DNA from: Lama glama
Taxonomy: Eukaryota
Assembly (NCBI GenBank): GCA_028534125.1
Contig: CM052818.1
Span: 46,378,001-46,442,000 of the forward strand
Direction: 5' to 3'
Length of the DNA stretch: 64,000 nucleotides
Part shown: positions 22,015-34,225 of the stretch, one piece after another
How the letters are laid out: every line of letters begins with the position of its first letter
How positions within the stretch are numbered: the first letter of the stretch is position 1
Position numbers and translations under genes: made by a program
The notes under the pieces: generated by a model
Databases searched by the model: none
What the model saw: only the letters and a program-made list of their open reading frames with translations
Told to the model about the DNA's origin: nothing

Positions 22015-23829
22015 AGACACTGGCCCAGAAGAGAAGACAGTGGTCAACGGTAGCCCAGGAAGAGGAAAGGACTCATTGCCTAGACGTGGTTAACTTCCCG
22101 GTAGGTGCCCGTGTGCCCCGGGACCACTTTACTGGGTGGAGCATCTGGGAGAAGCTCCTGTCTCTTCACGAGCCCCTGGCTTCCAGCTGACCCTCCACCT
22201 GCTGGGCAATTTCTACCCTGCTGCTCTTGCTCCGCATCTGATCCGTCACGTGTGGAACTCCGTGTATCTGCACCCCTACACTTTATAACGAGGAATTGCA
22301 CAATTGGAGGCTATTTAAATAAACTTCTTTTATTTTTAAATTTTAAAGCATTTGATTTGTTGATTTAAAAAAAAGGCCCACAAAAGGAGCATGATTTAAG
22401 GAAGTAAAAGTCACCTCTTCTCCTTAGCCTTAAACAGATTGATTTCACTCTGGCTGCAGACATGACAAGAGCCAGTGAGACAGAGGCTGATGTGGTGCAG
22501 AGAACACAGCTGGGGCTCTGGCCGCTCCTTCCGAGAAGCGGTTGGAGCCAAACCTCATGGGAAAATCGATCAGATGCAATTTTTAACTAATTGATGAATT
22601 GCTGTGGAAAGCCCATTCATTAGAACACACTTTCACCGCTGATAGAGTCGTAAAATTGCAAAAGGCCCAGCAGGAGTGGCTGGAGCCGCTGTCCCTGGAG
22701 GCATTACCGTGCCCTGCAGAACCGGGCCTGCTGCCTTGCTGAAGACCTTGTACGGGGAAGGGAGCCTGGGCTTGGAGGGCCAGACCAGTCCTCGCTCTGC
22801 CTCCCAGGTGCACCTGGATGAGAGTGTCCAACATCTCTGAGGCTCCTTCTGTAAGCAGACATATGATTCCCCCCTCTAGGATTCAATTACATATTGTCTA
22901 TAAATGCAGCTGCAGGATTCATGAAAGATCTGCTTTAATCACCACATCTTGGGGCTTGAGTTGAAAAGGGAAAAGCAGGGGCCGGGCCATGTGTGAGAGG
23001 TCCCACACAGAGACTGTCACTACCTTTCTCTCCCCAGACCATGCTGGGAAAAAACACCGTACCCTGGTCAGCAAAACCTGGCCAAAAGGTGTTCTTGTTT
23101 ACCGAGGTAAGTTAAAGCAGTTAAGCTATTAGCTGTTAGAGCCCTCCCTGTTGTGATCAGGCCTTTAGGACAATGAAGTGTTTCTAGAAGAGACTTTACT
23201 TCTGTCTCCTCCGCAGCCCTGGGGAGCCAGAGGACTGTAGACATGCCCTCTGGGGCCTCGTAGTGTGCCTGCACCTGGTCACTGCACCCTGAGATTCAAT
23301 GAAACACACCCCAAAGACCCATTTATGGTTGACTTTTCTCTCCTGATTTGGGACAAACAAAAGGAATAATCAGTTCTAAATATCATGCCCTCAAACCTGC
23401 TATGAAGTGTGATTTTATCTACAGTTGACCCTCTGGGTTTCAACATCCTTTTCCAGACAGCACTGGGGCAGAGGTAGTCCACTATGAGCCCTGACTTTTC
23501 TTCCTTCTCCAGGTCCTCCAGCAACCCTCCTCCCAGCCTGAGGACCTGAAGGAGCACCATCCCTAGGCTGGGTGACAGAGCCCATCGCTGGCTCTTCTCT
23601 GAACCTGGACCACTTGGTCCTCCTCATGGCCCTTCCCTGGGCTGCCAGAGCCACCCCCAGTGTCAGCTGCTGGGGCCCAGAAAAGCAGTTTGCCTCAGCA
23701 CCCACTGGAGTCTGCCCCCTCTGGGGAAAGAGGCTGATGACGGCTTTCCCAGGGCCCACATTCTCAAGCTCAGCACAGAAAGGAGCAGGGAGAAGGCGTG
23801 GACTGAGTTCCATTCAGACGGTGTCGGGA

Positions 23830-24000
23830 CCGACCCTCCCAACTCTGTCCCTAGCTGGCTGTGTGATCTTGGGCAAGTAGCTCAAACTCTCTGAGCCACC
23901 GTTTCTTTAGCTGTAGGCTTCAGAGAGACCCCCTTCAGAGGGTTGCTGGGATGATTCTGGGAGATGATGAACATAGACGTGCCTGGTGTGGCGTCTGGGA
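23830..24000 (+). mobile_element. MIR SINE
   Basis: 'gctggctgtgtgatcttgggcaagtagctcaaactctctgagcc'. Confidence 0.75.
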
Positions 24001-24289
24001 GTTGACAGGCGAGCCCAGCCCAACCCACTCCTCACAGAGCCTGAGTCAGGCCCTCACTCTGGGCCATGTGCCTCTCCTTCAGAGATCGCATCGCCCCTGC
24101 CCCACGCAGCCCCCGTATCTAATTTCCGTGCTGGAGTATGAGCTCCAGGAGCGCAGGCCAAGATTGGTACAACCTTGAACCTGGCCTGACCTCTGGGCAC
24201 TGATAAGTATCTGCTGAAGAGACAAGCAGTTCCCTTCCTTTGACTGGCTTGGCCGCTTTCCCACCCGAACTGGTGTTCAAATAATCACA

Positions 24290-24480
24290 GTGTAAGTTCG
24301 CTGCGTACTTCCCACCTGCTGGCTGTCGTTCCAGACTCTTAATGCCTGTTATCTGTTTAATCCCACCGCCATCGCCGTGAAGTAGACACTGTTGTTCCCA
24401 TTACACACATGAGAAAAGCGAGGTACAGAGAGTTTAAGTTGCTCTAAATCATGCAGTCTGTAAGTTGGAAACCAGAATTA
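24290..24480 (-). mobile_element. MIR SINE
   Basis: 'cccattacacacatgagaaaagcgaggtacagagagtttaagt'. Confidence 0.75.
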
Positions 24481-24493
24481 GAATGATTGCTGG

Positions 24494-24579
24494 GGTGGGT
24501 GGGTACAGCTCAGTGACAGAGCACGTGCTTAGCAATCCCCAGTACCTCCACTGAAAAACAGAACAAAACAACAACAACA
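24494..24579 (+). mobile_element. Camelid tRNA-derived SINE (vic-1 type) with internal deletion
   Basis: 'gggtacagctcagtgacagagcacgtgcttagca|atccccagtacctcca' plus A-rich tail; TSD aatgattgctgg / aatgatcactgg. Confidence 0.85.
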
Positions 24580-25374
24580 AATGATCACTGGCCCTTGGGA
24601 CTTTCATCTGCTTTGTTTGGGACCTAGAGAGAGGCTTCCAGATCACTAGTCAACCCAAGCTGAATCCTCCTCCTTGTCTTCTTCCTTCTCCTGACTTGTG
24701 TTGCCCACCAGTGGGGTTGTACTGCCAGGGAGGTGGCTGGCCCCATCCAGACCCCTGCAGAGCCCAGAGCTGCTGAGCTGTCCCCAGGGTCCCCCCTGTC
24801 CTGGTGTCTGGGGAGCTGCCAGAGAAGGGCAAGTGTCCCCAAGGCTGTGCCTCAGTGGCATCGCCTGCTCTTTACAGGCAAAGCCTGTCCAGGCTGCTTT
24901 TCCCCAGGAGAGACTCAGCCTGATGTCTCTCAGGCAGCACAGCACAAAGGACCGGGGAACCCCCCTAACTTCCCAGCAAGCCACCAGCAGAGCTTCAGGA
25001 GCGGCAAACAAGCTGGACAAAGGGTCCCCCGGACTCTTCTCCCAGCTGGTGCTGGAGCCTGGTCAGCCCTGAGCCCTGGCTGCTCCTCAGCTGTAAGAGC
25101 AACCATTCCCAGCGAGGGCAGTGTCTTTGCACATTTAGATCCATAAAAGCCAGTCTGATCTGGAGGGCACGCGGCAGAAGTGCATGGATGCTGTCAATAC
25201 CAACTCAACCTCCTGGCTCCTGAAACTCACATTAACGAAAGGATCAGCAACCGTGGAGAAGAGTTAGTAATTTCAGCCTGACTTTGCACCAGGGAAGGCT
25301 GCTCGGGGCAGTAGCTCTGCTTGGCACGAACTTCACCGTCGGAAGCATTCGTCCTTGCTTTAGGTTACTCATTG

Positions 25375-25545
25375 AGCGCTGCTCACTAGCTGTGTGGTCT
25401 TGGACCCCTCACCTGATTTCTTGAAGTCTCAAATTTCTTCACCCACAAAAGGAAGATATTAAAGTACCAACCACGTAGGGCTGTGAGGTCGCAATCCTGC
25501 TTGTATAGCGCTCAGCACGATGCCTGGCGCATAGTTTCAGTGCTT
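25375..25545 (+). mobile_element. MIR SINE
   Basis: 'ctcactagctgtgtggtcttgg...gtagggctgtgagg...atgcctggcgcatagt'. Confidence 0.7.
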
Positions 25546-25704
25546 CAGAAAGTTGTGTTATTACTGAGTCCTGACTACCTCTGTGTGCCAGGCCCACTGC
25601 GTGCCGGGGAAACAGAAATGAGAGGACCCCTGCCTTCCATGTGTTTCCCAAGTGATCGGAGACTGACGTGGAGCCCACTCATTTTAGCGAAGGAAGAGAC
25701 CACA

Positions 25705-25930
25705 GGGTTGGGAGTTCAGGATTTGTAGATACAAACTACTGTATAGAATAGATAAACAACCAGGTCCTACTGTACAGCACAGAGAGCTATATTCAATACC
25801 TTGTAATGGTCTATAATGAAAAAGAATATGAAAAGGAGTATGTGTATATATGTGTATAAATGAATCGCTATGCTGTACACCAGAAATTAACACAACATTG
25901 TACATCGACTATACTTCAATTAAAAGAAAA
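25705..25930 (+). mobile_element. L1 3' end (camelid/artiodactyl type)
   Basis: 'ggtcctactgtacagcacagagagctatattcaataccttgtaat...acaacattgtacatcgactatacttcaattaaaa'. Confidence 0.9.
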
Positions 25931-26779
25931 TTGATTAAAAATCATCCATGCTGGGAGCACTTGCCTCAGGTGGCGACGTGGGGCTGCTGCTGTGTTCCTG
26001 CCCCATTTTCTGCTCTTCTATCCCTGGCACTCCTGTTCTTGGCTTCTGTGACCTCCTGGCAAACATCCTCCTTGATTTTGTATCCTCCACTGTTTTCTAT
26101 AAGAAGCCTTCATTTTCCAGCCTCCAGCCTGGGGAACCCCACCAGCACTGTCTGGTTCTAGTCACCTCCCCTGCACCCTCCCCTCCCCTCGTGGAAGCCG
26201 GGGCTAAGCCTGGAGGCAAAGCTCTTCCTCCAGGCGGGAGTTCCAATCTCCTGGTTCCTCCCAATCTGGTCTGCCTGGCGGGCAATTTCATACTCATCCC
26301 CCGGACTCAGCTCCACTGTCATCTTCTCTGAGGGCCTTCTGACCTTCTCAAGCAGCTGGTTGCTCCTTCCCCTGTGGGGGCAAGGGCCCTCCAGCATGTA
26401 TGTGGGGCGGACCAGCACGTGCAAAGAGGCAGAGTCAAGGAGGAGATACAGAGGAACTCCTGCAACTCTGCAGCCACGACAGAGAAACCAGCAGAGGGCA
26501 TGGACAGGCAATTTACAAGTGATTCGCCCCAAATCCCACAAGAAGATAAAGATAAATGTGCAGGGAAATACACATTAAAACAATAACGAGAGATCATTGA
26601 GAAGTGATTCGATTGAAAGGAAATAGAAATCTTCATACAGCCAAGTGTTGGGGAAGGTAAGGGATGAACCCCGCATGTCGCCCGCCCTCCTGGAGGGCAG
26701 CTGTCCAATCAGATCTCTGCTTATCCCGAAACCAGTTGCTCTACTCCTGGGCATAGACCTCAAAGAAATTCCCACCTAG

Positions 26780-26912
26780 TGAGGAGGGTCTAGCTCGGTG
26801 GTAGAGCATGTGCTTAGTAAGCACAAGGTCCTGGTTTCAATCCCCAGTACCTCCACTAAAAAGAAACAAACCTAATTACCCCCTGCCAAAAAAAAAAGCA
26901 TAAAAGAAAAAG
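26780..26912 (+). mobile_element. Camelid tRNA-derived SINE (vic-1 type), full length, inside an old L1M fragment
   Basis: A-box-like 'tagctcggtggtagagc', B-box-like 'ggtttcaatccc'; 18-bp TSD aaagaaattcccacctag (26762-26779) and aaagaaattcctacctag (26913-26930). Confidence 0.93.
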
Positions 26913-27419
26913 AAAGAAATTCCTACCTAGATCAGTAAGGGACAAATGCAAAAGACGTTCCCTGCAGCTTGATTTGTGCTGGTGGCAACGTGAAAGCAAC
27001 CTAGGAGAATGGACCTGTAATACCGTTTTTATCCAGACCATGGGGAACTATGCAGCAATTAAATTAGATGAGAAGAACATAAGGCAAAGAAAATGGAAGG
27101 AAACAGAACATAATAAGTCTACTTACAGGCATTAAAACCCACCCCAACAGCAGCCATATATATTTTGTAAGACGCAGTGATACACATGACACATATTTAA
27201 ATGATTGCCTCTAGGGAGAAGGGAAATGGGAGTGGTCTACGGCCATGAAAGAGAATAAACAGAGAATTACAAAGAAGCATCTTGCATGGAACAATGATGA
27301 TACTGAAGAAAGTGATTAACTCAACCTCTTGTGCCTGAAGCGTAAAGAGGAAATTTAAAAGCAGGATGTGTTTGGGGAACACTGGTGGTGTGTGTGCGCG
27401 CGCGAGAGGTGTAAGGGTG

Positions 27420-27910
27420 TAGCAGGCTGGGGTCAGATCATGAAGGATGTGGGTGATAAGCTAAGGAATGTAGGTCTTGAGGAGCCACTGGAATATCTTA
27501 AGAAGCTGAAAGATGTGATTAGATGAATGTGCTGCAGAGATGTGGAGGACGGACCGGACCTGGGAGACCAGCTGGCACACCACTGCCATGATTGCAGGGG
27601 TTGGCAGACTTTCTTCGCAGAGAACCAGGTAGCAACTATTTAGTCCATAGAGTAGTTTTCGGGTCTAAGTGCAGAGGCAGGCCAGTGATTTGGGTCAGGC
27701 CGGTGGCAACCGGAAGAGAGACGGGGCCAGATATGAATGCTGTTGGGGGCACAGACTTGACCAGACTTGGGAGATGGGGCGGAGGGATGACTCCAAGGTT
27801 TGGGAACGAGATGGTTGTTGCCATCAACTGGACAGGAAATTCAGGAGGGGGAGTGGGTTTTGAGGGCAAGGGTCCATTTCTAGACTTGCTGAACGTGAAT
27901 ATTTGTGTGC
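27420..27910 (-). mobile_element. L2 remnant containing a MER58 5' fragment (about 27595-27642)
   Basis: 'ggtcagatcatgaagg...ggagccactgga', 'ggatgactccaaggtttgg'; 'caggggttggcagactttctt' is a MER58 terminus. Confidence 0.6.
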
Positions 27911-28049
27911 GCCTGAAGGAGACGCCAGCTTCTGGAGACCAGTAGGAAGGTCAGGTTGCAGACACAGACTGGGAAGAGGACTGGAGTCCACTCAGTGTTT
28001 GATCCCCGCTCCCTCCCAGTCCCAACTCAGGTGTCTGTGAGCCTAGGAG

Positions 28050-28500
28050 AGCCTGCCCTGCCCCCAGCTCCAGGGTGGGCCCTGGTTGCCGAAGCCTTGC
28101 AGCAGTCCATTCCCAGGCCATGGTCACTGGTTTGGGATTGGGCATAGACCCCAGAGGTCCAGTCAAGGTGAACCTCCGGTCTCTTGCTTGAAATCCTAGG
28201 TCAGAGGTAAAAGATTCTTTCTTTCTTTCTTTGATTACAGTTGTCTGTGGATGTGAAGCCTGAAACTGCCACCTTGTCACCATTTTGCTACCAGCCCACA
28301 TGTCAAGACCACTCATGAAAGAGGGGAGGGGAGGGGACCCATGAGAAGGGAGCCTGAGCCCCTGGGCCAAGTGCATCCTTGGGTCCATCCTGCCCCCGGC
28401 TGTGAGGCCAAGCTTCCTTCCTGTGCAGGCTGGTTTGAGTGGTCGTCGCACAGACGTGAGCGGCGTGGTCATGGTGTGGGATGAGAATGAAACTTACCAG
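28050..28500 (+). mobile_element. Old MaLR LTR (MLT1K/L-like)
   Basis: 'ggatgtgaagcctgaaactgcc...ccattttgctacca...gagcccctgggccaag'. Confidence 0.5.
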
Positions 28501-28559
28501 ACCCTTCCTGAAATGACCATGACAATTGCTTGTGTTATTATCAAAATGTTTACATGAAG

Positions 28560-28745
28560 TACCCACTGCATGCTTGGCACTGTGCTAAATGCCTTGCAAA
28601 GATGAATTCTGTTCATAATTGGTACGTAACAGAGTAAGTGCTACAATTTCCCCCATTTTACAGGTGGGAAAGCCAAGGCACAAGAGGCTTTATAACCTGT
28701 CCAAGGTCACACGGTGGCAGAGCCAGGATTCGCACCCTGGAATCT
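28560..28745 (-). mobile_element. MIR SINE
   Basis: 'ccccattttacaggtgggaaagccaaggcacaagagg...ccaaggtcacacgg...gagccaggattcgcaccc'. Confidence 0.85.
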
Positions 28746-29483
28746 TGGAATACACACCCTGAACTAAAACATTTCCTCTTCCCCATCCAGGTGGCTTCCC
28801 TCACTTTCTCACCCAAAATTTCATGGGCAAGTATGGTTAGACCAATTTTACGGAGGAAGACATAAAGGCTTGGGGAGCTTAAATGACTTCTCAGAGGCCA
28901 TATGGGTCCCGGGTGGTGCAGCTGGGATTCAAACTACCTATCTCCAAAGTCCAAACACCCCCATCCCATTACCTGGCCACTGAGGAATGTAAGGGACAAG
29001 TTAAGTTCCAGGTTGCAGAAAACAGAGCCAAGGGGGGGCAAACTGTTGCTGGGGACAGCCAGTCACGGAGGAGGCAGGAAGCGCCCCACCTGGGGGGGGC
29101 GGTTCAGGACTGGGACAAGTGCAGGACAGAAAACGCACTGAGCGTTAAACGAAGCAGACAGTGTCTCGTGATTTCCAGGCACTGTTGTCCCCATTTCACA
29201 GAAAACAAGCTCCAAGGGAGGCAGCAACTTGCTCAAGACCTCACATCCAGCAGGCGGCGCAGCCAGGGGGTTGAAGTCCTTTCTGAAGCTCCATCCGGCT
29301 CTGGAAACCGGAGGTTCAGGTTCTGCCACTGGGGTTGACTGATTAGATCCGGCCTAGCACAGCGTGTCTGTCACCTTAAATCAAACATCTCAGCTGTCAC
29401 TAGCCCTTTGTCACCTGCCCTTTGCTCCTGAGGCCTTAGTGATATAAAGTTTCAATGGAAGAAGTGGATTTTACTCCAGCTAC

Positions 29484-30054
29484 TGTCAAAGAGAACCAGA
29501 GCTGGACAGGAGCTAACACAGTAAAAGCAGATTTAAAATTTTTGGAGGGGCGGGGGGCTAGGTTTGTTTGTATGTATGTATGTATGTATGTTAATGGAGG
29601 TACTGGGGATTGAACCCAGGACCTCGTGCCTGCTAAGCACGCAAAAGCAGATTTTAATCAGGAACTACTGCAATGGGGGAGAGAGACCTCAGGACGGAAC
29701 TGGGCTCAGTTCTGAGTGCGGCAAGGGCACGTGGACGTTTATAGCTGAGGGGCGAGGTGGGTGGGGGTCAGTGGGTGGAAGATTCCTAAGGGAAGCATCG
29801 GGAGTGGAGGGGGTTCTGGCTAAACTGGCCTGGCAGGATTCTTGCTGGAGGCAGGAGGGGGGTGTCAGACTTCCCCTGGGGGAGAATTTGATCAGATCCT
29901 GAGGGTGAATAGAGGGTGGGGGCTCTTTCTGAGCTGACTTAACAGGATTCTTGCTACAACTGGGCCATACAGGCCCCACAAGGACAGACACCAAGGACGA
30001 GGCTTAGAAGGGTTCAGGGAGCCTGGCTGAGTGAGGTCAGGAAGAGTTTTGTCA
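29484..30054 (-). mobile_element. ERV1 solo LTR (MER31/MER67-like)
   Basis: TG...CA termini (tgtcaaag / ttttgtca), 4-bp flanks ctac/ccac; internal 'ctaaactggcctggcaggattcttgct' and 'gctgacttaacaggattcttgcta'. Confidence 0.75.
29535..29642 (-). mobile_element. 5'-truncated vic-1-type SINE nested in the LTR
   Basis: 'tggaggtactggggattgaacccaggacctcgtgcctgctaagcacgc' with (TATG)n tail; TSD aaaagcagattt at 29523-29534 and 29643-29654. Confidence 0.9.
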
Positions 30055-30384
30055 CCACCGAAGTGAACTCTCTCTGCGTCTGCCGTATTACCAGACCTTA
30101 ACGCAGTACCTTACCAGGTACTGTACCAGGAAGCCGAAATGGTAGGATGGCTTTAGTGTTTCAAGAGGCTCCCCGGGGCTGCAGGCCGAAGACAGGCCCG
30201 GGGCAGGGAGACTGGACGTCAGCCTAGAGTTCCCAGAGAGACTAGGAACCAAGGGGAGCAGGTGGGTGGGGGGCGTGAGGTGGGGGAGGGGGCTGGGGTC
30301 CCTTGGCCATGCTGGTTTGGGGACGCTGGAGGAATCTGCATTGGGGAAAGGTGATTGGATGCACAGGACAGAAGTGTGGGCTGG

Positions 30385-30640
30385 ACACTTTTTTTTAACT
30401 CTTAAAATTTCAAATAATTACAGATTCACAGGAAGTTGTAAAAAAAAAAAGGCACAATGAAGTTCCCAGCTTCACTCAGTGGGAATATCTTGCATAAGAA
30501 CAGTATGAAAGGCAGGAAGCTGACACTGGTACACACCACGGAGCCTACTCAGATTTCACCAGTTTAATAGGGCGTGTGTGTCCAGTGCTATGCAATTTAA
30601 TGATGCGTGTATCTGTGGGGAACCACCACGACATCATTGT
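30385..30640 (-). mobile_element. L1MC-type 3' end
   Basis: 'aaataattacagattcacaggaagttgtaaaa...ctcagatttcaccagttt'. Confidence 0.75.
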
Positions 30641-31507
30641 GTGTTTGTTTACTTATTTAATGCCTCTGGGTTCAGTAATGGTGTCTTGGTGGCATCTTTG
30701 ATAGGTACTTAAGGCCATGGACTCAGATGAGAGTCCAAGGAGGGAGAGGGAGGGAAGGAGGAGGCTTGGAAGCGTAATGCCAGATGGAGGCAGAGGGCTT
30801 TGCTCTGGCCCTGGGAGAGCCTTTCTGAAAGAGAAGGTTTTGTGAGAGAGAGACCCCGGGCTCCCCTCAAGGGCACCATGTCGCCTGCAGCCCACCCCAC
30901 CCCTGTCTCAGCCCTTGGCCCTGGGCTTTCCAGACCTGCTCAGAGGTCCCCAAGTCCTTAGCCCCAAATGCCAACATAATGGTCCCTCTGCTACACTCCG
31001 CAGAAAGCAGTTTGCATCTGGAATGCTTTGTTGGGCCGTGTGTACCAAATCTGGGCTTGGAAAATGTAAATGTATTTGAATAATGTCAACAACACAATAC
31101 TGTCACCAAGGCTGAGGGGGTCCTGGTGTCACTGCCGCCAGGCTAGACACTGGGGTCTCATTCAGCCTTGCACAGGGCCTGCTGCACGGGGCACACTCGT
31201 GGGCAGCCCAGCTGTTTGTTGTTAAAGGCTCCGCGTTTGGCACCGTTTTCCAACAACAGCACAGCCATGTGGAGTCTCTTGAAAGCTTTTAGCAAGTCCA
31301 CTCCTACTTAAGTAGGGAGAACATTTTTTCCCCAAGGAAGAGAAAAGTGCCTTCGTATTAATTTCATGCTCTATTTTTATTCCGTCATCTGCACATTAAT
31401 TCTGTCTTCCATGAAGCCTGAATTTTGCGAATTCTGCGGATCCCAGCCTCTGACACGCCCAATGGAAACCCCCAAGGGCGCCTTCCTGCTGCCTGAATGG
31501 TGCAGCG

Positions 31508-31538
31508 GCGCCATCTGCTGGTGGACACGAGTGCTGCG
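31508..31538 (-). promoter_or_regulatory. Strong CTCF motif (core plus upstream-motif-like sequence)
   Basis: Minus strand reads gcgcagcactcgtgtcca-CCAGCAGATGGCGC; core (31508-31521) matches CCASYAGRKGGCRS exactly; CpGs retained. Confidence 0.7.
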
Positions 31539-32399
31539 CCCTGAGAAAGGCTCACAGCTTGTTCCTCCATCATCTCCTTCCACAGGTCGATTCACCCAGC
31601 CTCAGGCTCTAAGGGCTCTGCCTCACCTGTCCTGGAGAAAGCCTGGTGTGATGGAGTGTGGACTTGGGCGATAGGGACCAACGTTTATGGATCTCTACTG
31701 TTTGTGTAGCGGGAGTTAAGCTGGTTGATGAGGACCGGGGACACGGCCCCTGACATCCCAGGGCTCACACCCCGTGGAAGTCAGGAGCCAAGAGAGCGGT
31801 GACAGAGCCGGAGTCCCGGGGGGTGCAGTTCTGGCTCTGCCTCTGGCCAGTGTGGGACCTGGAGCAAGCTGCTTAAGCTCTTTGAGGCTCAGCTTTTTCA
31901 CATGTAAACAGGAAAACAAGGCTAATAATTAGTCCCTGGTGTGGTTGTTTGGAACAGACACACCTAATGTGAAAGGTAAAGTACATAATTGAGATTCACT
32001 AAAAGGAAGGTAATTTTACTTATTGATGTAATAACAGCTGGTCAGACAAAGACGGGAGTGCTGGGAAGTGGGGGTCAGGAAAGGCTTCACCTGTGAGGAT
32101 TCATTTCAGCTGGGTTTTGAAAGATGAGCAGGCGTTTTCCAAACAAAGGGGAGCGGCATTCTGTGTGGGTGAACGGTGTGTGCAAAGGCCCGGTAGTAAG
32201 AAGTACTGGGGTGCATTCGGGAGATGGCGTGTAGTTGGGTCTGGCCTAAGCACAGGTGGGAGGGGTCAAGCAGGTGGAACGACCTGGGCAGGTGAGCTCC
32301 AGCAGAATCTCGAGGGATGGGCTGTGAAAATCTGTGTTTCATAAAAAGATTCCCAGGGGATTCTCAGGAAGCCTGCCAAAGGTCCAAAGTCCTAAAGCC

Positions 32400-32570
32400 A
32401 TCACTGTGCCAAGCATTCTGCATAATTTTCTCTAATCTGCACCACAGCCTGGCAAGGTAAACGTTATACACAGCAGAAAGCTGAGGCTCAGAGAGGTTAA
32501 GGGGCTTGTCCACAATCACACAGTTAATGTGAGCCAAGATTCAATCCCCTGTCTGTTTGACTCCAAGTAC
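32400..32570 (-). mobile_element. MIR SINE
   Basis: 'gaaagctgaggctcagagaggttaaggggcttgtcc...gagccaagattcaatccc'. Confidence 0.8.
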
Positions 32571-32854
32571 CATACACACAGCGAGTGCTCGGTAAAAGCA
32601 GGTATTACCCAGTGCCAATGCTTTTCGGGCCCGGGCTGCCTGTGTGGGCGCCCGGTTTCCCTGACATCTGTGCTGTCAGGATTTGAGGGAAAGGCGCCAG
32701 GGAAGCCCATTCTGCGGGCCAGACTCCTGTGCTGGGTACACGCAGTCAGAGGGGATTTCCTGGTTAGAGTTCCTTATTGGAAAGAAGAAAGCCCTGCTTT
32801 CCCTTCTTAGGAATTTTCAGAGAATTTCAGAGGTAGTTCTGTGGGTGCACGTGG

Positions 32855-33960
32855 GATTTTTTTTTAATGCAAAACAATCTCAAACACAGAAAAGCTTCAG
32901 CACAAATTATGTATTTTTTTCCGGAACCGTTTGAAGGTAAGCTGACATGATGCTCCATCGTCCCCAAATACTTCAGTGTATTTCCTGCAAATAAGAACTT
33001 TCTCCTCTTTGGTCATAACACGGCCGTCACTCCCAACAGGGAAGTGAACAGGATGAGTCAATGTCATTCAAGTTTCATCAACTGTCCCTGTGATTCCGCT
33101 GTAGTAAACGGACCCGGTTCTGATCTGCACTGGCTTTGGTTGTGGGTCTCCTTGGTCTCTGACAGTCTGGAGCGGTTCCTCAGTCTTCACCTGACTTTCA
33201 CGACTTTGACACTTGAGCAACGAAGGGCCAGTGGTTCTGTAGACTGTCCCTCTGACTGCGTGTGACTACTGTTCCCTTGTGGTTAGCTTCAGGCTAAACA
33301 TCTTTGGCAGGAATACCTCAGCAGCGCACCTTACGTGGAACATGATTTCAATTAGTCCCAATCATGCTGACATTCACGGTATCATTTGGTTGCAGTGGTG
33401 ACTGCCAGGCTTCTGCCCTGTGAAGTTACCTTTGTAGTTAATAAATGTTTCGTGGGGTGATAGGTTGAAAATATGGGACTATCCCACGCCTCACCGGATT
33501 TTCAGTTTATTCATCCCTCTGCCATTTACTCAGTGGGTTAGAAGCCATTGCTGTGGTAATTTACCGGATGCACAGGGTGTCTCAGATTTGGCTAATGAGG
33601 AGCCCCCGAAGCTGGCTTCTGTGTCCTTTCGATGTGTCCCCTCATTCTCTGAGCGTGTGCTGTTTTCTGGTGCAATGGGGTATCCTGAGCTCGTTCTGTA
33701 CTCCTCCACCCCCGCCCTGGAACCAGCCAGTTCTCCAGGGAGCCCCAGACTACCTAGCGGAGAACAGAATTTAAAGTCAATATCTGGGTGCCAGGTGTGC
33801 TCATTGCTTCCAGACCTTTTCAATGAAATATGTGTGTATATGTGTGTGTGTACATATACATTTACACTTATAGTGTATATCTAGTTATACATTTATATAT
33901 TTAGATCACATGTTTAATTACATATCAGCCTCCTTTTGTGTGACCAGTCTCTTACTTAGC
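32855..33960 (-). mobile_element. L1MC4/5-type LINE 3' region
   Basis: 'ccccaaatacttcagtgtatttcct...ttcaggctaaacatctttggcaggaatac...ccagccagttctccagggagccc'. Confidence 0.75.
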
Positions 33961-34225
33961 TAGATAGCTTTTGAGCTTTCAGAGAACAATGGAATGTTCA
34001 TGCTTTTTGAACTGATTCAGTCTAATGTCTTTATTTTACAGGTGGAACATGAGACGTAGAGCAGGAGAGTGACTCTACAGTTAAACGGGCTTCTGGGGTC
34101 ATCTGAGAACCCTCTGATTCTGGGGTCTCTCCTCAGAGCATCCTGTCCCCTTGGGGTCTCCCCTCAGGTTTCCCTCCCTTGGAGGGCCGGTAGCCAGTCA
34201 GGTTCTGCCAGAAATATCAGGGCAA

